From an uncultured Alphaproteobacteria bacterium (GTDB lineage Bacteria; Pseudomonadota; Alphaproteobacteria; HIMB59; GCA-002718135): a DNA stretch of 62,569 nt. This document shows, in pieces, positions 57,641 to 62,569 of the stretch. The translations under genes and the position numbers were made by a program. The notes under the pieces were generated by a model, which worked only from the letters and a program-made list of their open reading frames with translations, did no database searches and had not been told where the DNA came from. Within the stretch, counting starts at the first letter, position 1. Every line of letters starts with the position of its first letter. The stretch is from the NCBI GenBank assembly GCA_902530685.1, contig CACAAZ010000004.1, positions 1-62,569 on the forward strand, read 5' to 3'.

Positions 57641-58207
57641 TTAATTTTTAGTATTTTTTTGCAATGTTGGAATTAAAGTAACAGCTAAAGCTATCTTAAA
57701 TATTTCACTTGGAATAAATGGCATTAAACCAGCTACAATAGCTTTTTCAAAACCAATTATAGATCCAAGGTATAAAATACCTATTGTAAATATAATAATT
57801 GATCCTATTAAAAGTGAAAAGGTTGCTTTAAGATATGTTTTACTAAATCCTAAATTAGCAAAATAACTGATTGTAATTGAAGCTAAAAGCATTCCATAAA
57901 GGTAACCAGCTGTTGGTCCAGTAAGATAAGCAATTCCACCACCTGATGCAAATACAGGCAATCCAACTGCTCCTTCAAATAAATAAAGAGCTACAGTAAT
58001 AAAAGAAAGTCTTACACTGTAAGTCATTCCAATTAAAAAGATAACAAAAGTTTGCATTGTCATTGGTACTGGCCAAAAAGGTACCTGAACTTTTGCAGAG
58101 ATCGCAAGTAACAGTGTTCCAAATAATGCTAAAAAGATACCCAGAACATTAGAATTTATTTTTTTAAAAGTGTCTAATTCATTAATCAAAATTCTTTGTT
58201 TATTCAT
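57641..58207 (-). CDS. bioY: biotin transporter BioY
   Basis: PVPMTMQT, YLFEGAVGLPVFA, GPTAGYLYG. Confidence 0.92.
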   Translation of the reverse strand: MNKQRILINELDTFKKINSNVLGIFLALFGTLLLAISAKVQVPFWPVPMTMQTFVIFLIGMTYSVRLSFITVALYLFEGAVGLPVFASGGGIAYLTGPTAGYLYGMLLASITISYFANLGFSKTYLKATFSLLIGSIIIFTIGILYLGSIIGFEKAIVAGLMPFIPSEIFKIALAVTLIPTLQKNTKN

Positions 58208-58233
58208 TTAAATGTCCTTTACAAATATTGTCA

Positions 58234-59172
58234 TTAAACTAATTTATATTTTGCTTCAAGCTTATCCCAGAAAAGATTTTCTAATTTTTCATTATTTAAT
58301 ATATTTATTTGTTTTATTCCTGTTGGAGATGTCACGTTTATTTCAGTAAGATAATCACCAATTACATCGATTCCAACAAAGAATAGATTTTTTTTCCTAA
58401 ATTCTGGACCCAGTTTATCAATTATTTCTTTATCTCTAAATACTAATTCAGTTTTCCTAGGTGTACCTCCAGCATGAAAATTTGCCTTCACTTCTCCAAC
58501 TTGTGGAACTCTTGAAACAGAACCTACATAATCTCCATCAATAAATATTATTCTTCTATCACCAAGATTAATCTCTTTAATAAATTTTTGGATCATTATT
58601 GGTAAATTGAGATATGGCTTAAGTTTTTCTCTATTAAAACTTTCTTTGGTAAATTTATGTATGCCAATACCTCCATTACCGTACAAGGGCTTTGTGATAA
58701 TAACCTTATGTAAATTAAGGAATTCTTCAATATGATCTAAATCTTTAGATACTATTGTAGGAGCCATAAATTCTTTAAAATTAAAGGTATATAATTTTTC
58801 AGTAGAATTTCTAACAGCAGTAGGATTATTAATCACATAGGTACTATCAGGTAACAGATCCAAAATGTATGTCGATGTGATATAGTTCATATCAAATGGA
58901 GGATCTTGTCTTAGAAAAACAAATATAAAATCAGATAAATTAAGTATTATTTCATTTGAAAGATATTCAAAATATTTTTTTTCATTTAAATATAATTTAA
59001 TAAAATTACCTTTAGCTTTTACGATATTATCATGAATAAATAAATTTTCTGGATTGTAATAAAATATTTTGTAACCTCTTTGCTGAGCTTCATAAGCAAT
59101 TAAAAAAGATGTATCAAATTCATAATCAATTTTCTCAATGGGATCCATTTGAATAGCAATTTTTTTATTCAT
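58234..59172 (-). CDS. gshB: glutathione synthetase
   Basis: IAIQMDP, RQDPPFDMNYI, KPLYGNGG, GDRRI, GDYLTEINVTSPTG. Confidence 0.95.
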   Translation of the reverse strand: MNKKIAIQMDPIEKIDYEFDTSFLIAYEAQQRGYKIFYYNPENLFIHDNIVKAKGNFIKLYLNEKKYFEYLSNEIILNLSDFIFVFLRQDPPFDMNYITSTYILDLLPDSTYVINNPTAVRNSTEKLYTFNFKEFMAPTIVSKDLDHIEEFLNLHKVIITKPLYGNGGIGIHKFTKESFNREKLKPYLNLPIMIQKFIKEINLGDRRIIFIDGDYVGSVSRVPQVGEVKANFHAGGTPRKTELVFRDKEIIDKLGPEFRKKNLFFVGIDVIGDYLTEINVTSPTGIKQINILNNEKLENLFWDKLEAKYKLV

Positions 59173-60512
59173 TAAAAAATATTTTCAGAATAGATATTAC
59201 TTATATCTTTATTCCAAGAATTATTAAATTTATTTATAAGTACATCAGCTGGAGATTGATTATTTGATAAATTTTTTTCAAGATCTTTCAAATAATAAGT
59301 TTCATTGTATTGATTTTTGTTATTCAAAATATTTCTTCTTTCCAATCCTTCTTTAGATATTTCAAATAAACTTTGAGCGACGTTTAATATGGTGCCTTCT
59401 TTAAAACGACAAGAAAGTCCATATTTTGGAGCATTTTTATTTAGATAGTCCCGATCCTCCTGAGACCATCCTTCAACCATTTCATCAATTTTATTCAACG
59501 AATTTTCATCATATAATAAACCTGTCCAAAAAGCAGGCTGTGAACAAATTAAATCCCATGAACATGCATCCATTGACCTTATTTCTAAAAACTGTTTCAA
59601 CCTAACTTGTGGAAATAAAGTAGATAAGTGATCTATCCAATCATTAAGTGAAGGTTCAGTATTTAAATTTATTTCAGTTTTATTTAAAAAAAATTCTCTA
59701 AATGTATATTGTGTCATATCTATATATTTATAATTTCTAACAATAAAATACATTGGAACATCTAATGCATACTCAACATATTTCTCAAAACTAAATCCTT
59801 TTTCAAAAACAAATGGTATTATTCCTGTTCTATCTTTATCAGTATGATGCCAAAAATGTGATCTTAAACTTTTAAATCTAGAAATATTTTTTTTTTCAAA
59901 AGGTGAATTTGCAAATATTGCTGTTGCAATTGCTTCTAAATTTAGCATCAGCCGATATTTTCGTTTCATATCATCTTCAGAATAAAAATCTAAATTTACT
60001 TGATTGGTACAGGTTCTTTTCATCATGTGATGACCTAAGGTTCCAACTTTGGTCATATACTCTTTCATTATATTATACCTCTGTTTGGGCACCCATGAAA
60101 AATCCTCCAAAGTAAGGGAAGGCTCAACACCTAACCCTAATAAAATAAAATTAAATTCTTCTCCAATCTTTTTAAGTTCATTTAAGTGTCTACTGGTTTC
60201 ACTACATGTTTGATGTATGTTGCTTAATTGAGCCCCGGATAGTTCAATTTGCCCACCTGGTTCTAACGTTATGTTTTCACCAAATCGCTCCAAAGCTATA
60301 ATTGTAATATTTTTGTCATCGTATTTGGGTTTCCACCCATCATTTACAAACCTAGTTAGTATATCTTTAATACCATTAGTCTCATTATATGAAAGTTGTG
60401 AAAAATTTTTTTTATTTAATACAAATTTTTCATGCTCTACACCTATTTTTAGATTATTTTTACTTTTCATACCTCGATAAAAGTATTCTATTAAATCTTG
60501 TTTTTTTAACAT
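59172..60512 (-). CDS. gshA: glutamate-cysteine ligase (alphaproteobacterial/plant type)
   Basis: IGVEHEKF, TLEPGGQIELSG, PKQRY.IM, MM.RTCT.QVNLD, FANSPF, HLSTLFPQVRLK..LEIR..D. Confidence 0.93.
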   Translation of the reverse strand: MLKKQDLIEYFYRGMKSKNNLKIGVEHEKFVLNKKNFSQLSYNETNGIKDILTRFVNDGWKPKYDDKNITIIALERFGENITLEPGGQIELSGAQLSNIHQTCSETSRHLNELKKIGEEFNFILLGLGVEPSLTLEDFSWVPKQRYNIMKEYMTKVGTLGHHMMKRTCTNQVNLDFYSEDDMKRKYRLMLNLEAIATAIFANSPFEKKNISRFKSLRSHFWHHTDKDRTGIIPFVFEKGFSFEKYVEYALDVPMYFIVRNYKYIDMTQYTFREFFLNKTEINLNTEPSLNDWIDHLSTLFPQVRLKQFLEIRSMDACSWDLICSQPAFWTGLLYDENSLNKIDEMVEGWSQEDRDYLNKNAPKYGLSCRFKEGTILNVAQSLFEISKEGLERRNILNNKNQYNETYYLKDLEKNLSNNQSPADVLINKFNNSWNKDISNIYSENIF

Positions 60513-60536
60513 AAGGTATATTTAATATAGTCAATA

Positions 60537-61907
60537 TTATATTAAAAATAAGGTTGCTAACCCTAAAAAAGATAGGAATCCGAAAACATCCGTTATTGTA
60601 GTTAATATTACTGCTGAAGCTAATGCTGGATCAATTTTCATTTTTTCTAGAGCAAGAGGTATTATTGTTCCAGCAAAACCTGCTAGTATCAAGTTTAATA
60701 CCATGGCTAAACCTATGATTACACCTAACATAAAATCTTGAAACCAATATATAGAAACTAGTGATATTATTACTGCAAATATTATACCATTTATACCGCC
60801 TATTAATGTTTCTTTGGTAATTATTTTTAGAGCATTACTTGTCGTTAGTTCTTTTACAGCTAGCGCTCTTACTGCAACAGTTAAAGTTTGAGTCCCAGCA
60901 TTTGCGCCCATAGATGCAACTATCGGCATTAAGATTGCTAAAGCAACCACCTTCTCAATAGCTGCTTCAAATAAACCTATAACTATAGAAGCGACAACTG
61001 CTGTCATTAAATTTACAATTAGCCAGGAAATTCTTGATTTTGTTGTATCTACAACAGAATTATAAATATCAGTATGGCCAACACCACCTAGCTTTAAAAT
61101 ATCTTCTTCTCTTTCCTCTTCAATGACATCCACAACATCATCAACAGTAATTGATCCTAATATTTTTTTTTGCTCATCAATTACTGGTGCACTAACTAAT
61201 CCATATTTGCTGAATTGGTATGCAACTTCTTCTTGATCAGTATTGATCTCAATCGCACGCAGTTCTTTATTCTTAAGAGAACTTAGTTTGACATTTCTTT
61301 TTGACCCCATTAATCTTCCTAAAGGAACTACTCCTTCAACTTTTCTATCTTTATCTATTAAATAAATATCATAAAAATCTTCAGGCAATTTTTTTTTGTT
61401 TCCTCTAAGATAATCTATAGCTTGACCAACATTCCACCATTGATCTATTGATACAAATTTTCTTTGCATCAATCTACCTGCGGAGTCTTCAGGATAATTT
61501 AATCCTTGTTCAATTAAGTTTCTTTCTTCTTCTTCTAAATTCTCTAAAAAGGTATTTTGATCTTCTTTTTCTAAATCTTCAACTAAATCAACTGCATCAT
61601 CAATATCTAGTTGTTTAGCATTGCTGGCCAACTGCTTAATATCAAGTGTTTCAACTATTTCATCTCTAAGACTATCATTTAAATATGTTAATATTTCTGG
61701 ATCAAATCTATCTCTGATAATATTTAATAGACTTAATCTTAGAACAGGATCAAGATTTTGCAGTAATTCTGCAATATCTGCATTATGAATATCATCTAAA
61801 TATTTAAAAATTTTATTATTTTGATAATTTTCTAAATAACTAGTGACTAATTCAACCGAATCAATCACAGAAAATTTGTTTTTTGTTATATCTAATTTAT
61901 TTTCCAT
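60537..61907 (-). CDS. mgtE: magnesium transporter MgtE
   Basis: MgtE N-domain, YPEDSAGRLM, CBS pair, MPIVASMGANAGTQ, DPALAS, TTITDVFGF; true start is ATG 61907 (the ORF-track extension runs into the tRNA). Confidence 0.94.
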   Translation of the reverse strand: MENKLDITKNKFSVIDSVELVTSYLENYQNNKIFKYLDDIHNADIAELLQNLDPVLRLSLLNIIRDRFDPEILTYLNDSLRDEIVETLDIKQLASNAKQLDIDDAVDLVEDLEKEDQNTFLENLEEEERNLIEQGLNYPEDSAGRLMQRKFVSIDQWWNVGQAIDYLRGNKKKLPEDFYDIYLIDKDRKVEGVVPLGRLMGSKRNVKLSSLKNKELRAIEINTDQEEVAYQFSKYGLVSAPVIDEQKKILGSITVDDVVDVIEEEREEDILKLGGVGHTDIYNSVVDTTKSRISWLIVNLMTAVVASIVIGLFEAAIEKVVALAILMPIVASMGANAGTQTLTVAVRALAVKELTTSNALKIITKETLIGGINGIIFAVIISLVSIYWFQDFMLGVIIGLAMVLNLILAGFAGTIIPLALEKMKIDPALASAVILTTITDVFGFLSFLGLATLFLI

Positions 61908-61915
61908 AATTAATG

Positions 61916-62002
61916 TGGTGCGGCTGAGAAGACTTGAACTTCCACAGGATAAATCCCACAGCGACCTCAACGCTGCGCGTATACCAATTCCGCCACAGCC
62001 GC
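61916..62002 (-). tRNA. tRNA-Leu (anticodon GAG) with encoded CCA
   Basis: GCGGCTG acceptor stem pairs with CAGCCGC-ACCA; D-loop GGAATTGGTA; anticodon arm CAGCG-TTGAGGT-CGCTG; long variable arm; T-loop GTTCAAGT. Confidence 0.96.
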
Positions 62003-62051
62003 ATATTTACTAGAATTAAATATCAGATAGGATATTAAGTATCAACAGAAC

Positions 62052-62569
62052 ATGATTAAAAATAATTTGCATGATATCGAAATAAAAATATCAGATGATT
62101 TAATCGATTATGAAGAAAGCTTAAATTTAATGCAATCTAGAATAAAGAAAATCAAAGATAGCGAATCTAGTGAGCTAATATGGTTTCTTGAACATGATCA
62201 TATTTATACCCAAGGTACAAGTGCTGAGAGTAATGAAATAGTTAAAAAAAATAATATTTTAATTTTAAAATCAAATAGAGGTGGAAAAACTACTTATCAT
62301 GGCCCAGGTCAAAGAGTTATTTATTTTCTCATTGATTTGAATAAAAAGAAAAAAGATATTCGTAGATTTATTAGTGTTCTTGAAAATTCTGTAATTTATT
62401 TATTAAGTCTTTATGGTGTAAAAGCGAGATCATTTAAAGACAGGGTTGGTATTTGGGTAACAGAAACAGAAAATATAAAATTAAAAAAAGAAATGAAAAT
62501 TGGAGCAATTGGGTTAAGAATATCAAAATGGATAACTTATCATGGATTAAGTGTAAATATTAATCCAGA
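62052..62569 (+). CDS. lipB: lipoyl(octanoyl) transferase (runs off the right edge; not in the ORF track)
   Basis: Manual translation: IWFLEHDHIYTQGTSA, NRGGKTTYHGPGQRV, RVGIWV, KIGAIGLRISKWITYHG. Confidence 0.93.
   Translation, partial: MIKNNLHDIEIKISDDLIDYEESLNLMQSRIKKIKDSESSELIWFLEHDHIYTQGTSAESNEIVKKNNILILKSNRGGKTTYHGPGQRVIYFLIDLNKKKKDIRRFISVLENSVIYLLSLYGVKARSFKDRVGIWVTETENIKLKKEMKIGAIGLRISKWITYHGLSVNINP

Noticed and set aside
371-60480. The many 60-110 aa ORFs in the track (e.g. 371-559, 2547-2741, 17492-17695, 24304-24633, 33218-33496, 50577-50828, 59903-60115)
   Set aside because: They lie antisense to, or out of frame within, well-supported genes and show no recognisable motifs; treated as shadow ORFs.
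61908-61970. 21-aa N-terminal extension of mgtE in the ORF track
   Set aside because: It is a translation of the tRNA-Leu sequence; ATG 61907 is the plausible start.
61916-62002. tRNA-Leu as the integration site of the catabolic region
   Set aside because: No integrase, no duplicated tRNA 3' end noticed, and the tRNA is flanked by housekeeping mgtE and lipB.
1-62569. CRISPR arrays, tandem repeats, rRNA, prophage or defence genes
   Set aside because: Nearly all sequence is accounted for by metabolic CDSs, spacers are under about 170 nt, and no periodic repeats were seen by eye.

Overview
AT-rich (roughly 30% GC by eye), very gene-dense bacterial DNA with minimal intergenic spacers, typical of a streamlined marine alphaproteobacterium (SAR11/Pelagibacterales- or HIMB59/AEGEAN-169-like; this is inference from composition and gene content). 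About 50 protein genes and one tRNA-Leu(GAG). Bases 1-57.6 kb form one large small-molecule catabolism region. It holds sugar/polyol enzymes (GH20, galK, iolG, a XylB-like SDR, a UxaA-family dehydratase, an AKR), gmaS, a gamma-glutamylation (ethanolamine-type) module with a TRAP transporter, a Pot-type ABC transporter plus a DadA-like oxidase, an unannotated dipeptidase/554-aa hypothetical/DUF3726 trio and soxBDAG. It also holds an unusually expanded ectoine-type catabolic cluster: ehuBCDA, eutA/B/C and doeA, plus three more metal-ligand-less M24 hydrolases, an amidinotransferase, ArgE, an M20 amidohydrolase, an uncharacterised PLP enzyme, a Ser/Cys proline-racemase homolog and a BisC-like molybdoenzyme. 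The canonical eutE/doeB, the doeD aminotransferase and any regulator gene are missing from the window. The right end is housekeeping (bioY, gshB, gshA, mgtE, tRNA-Leu, lipB). No mobile elements, CRISPR arrays or rRNA were seen. The best candidate for an undescribed system is the expanded cyclic-amidine/guanidino-compound catabolic cluster at about 27-57 kb. Other notable sequence-level signals are a probable ATT start codon in potB, hairpins after all three solute-binding-protein genes, and an EnuR-like operator with no regulator gene in view. All family calls come from motif recognition, not database searches.
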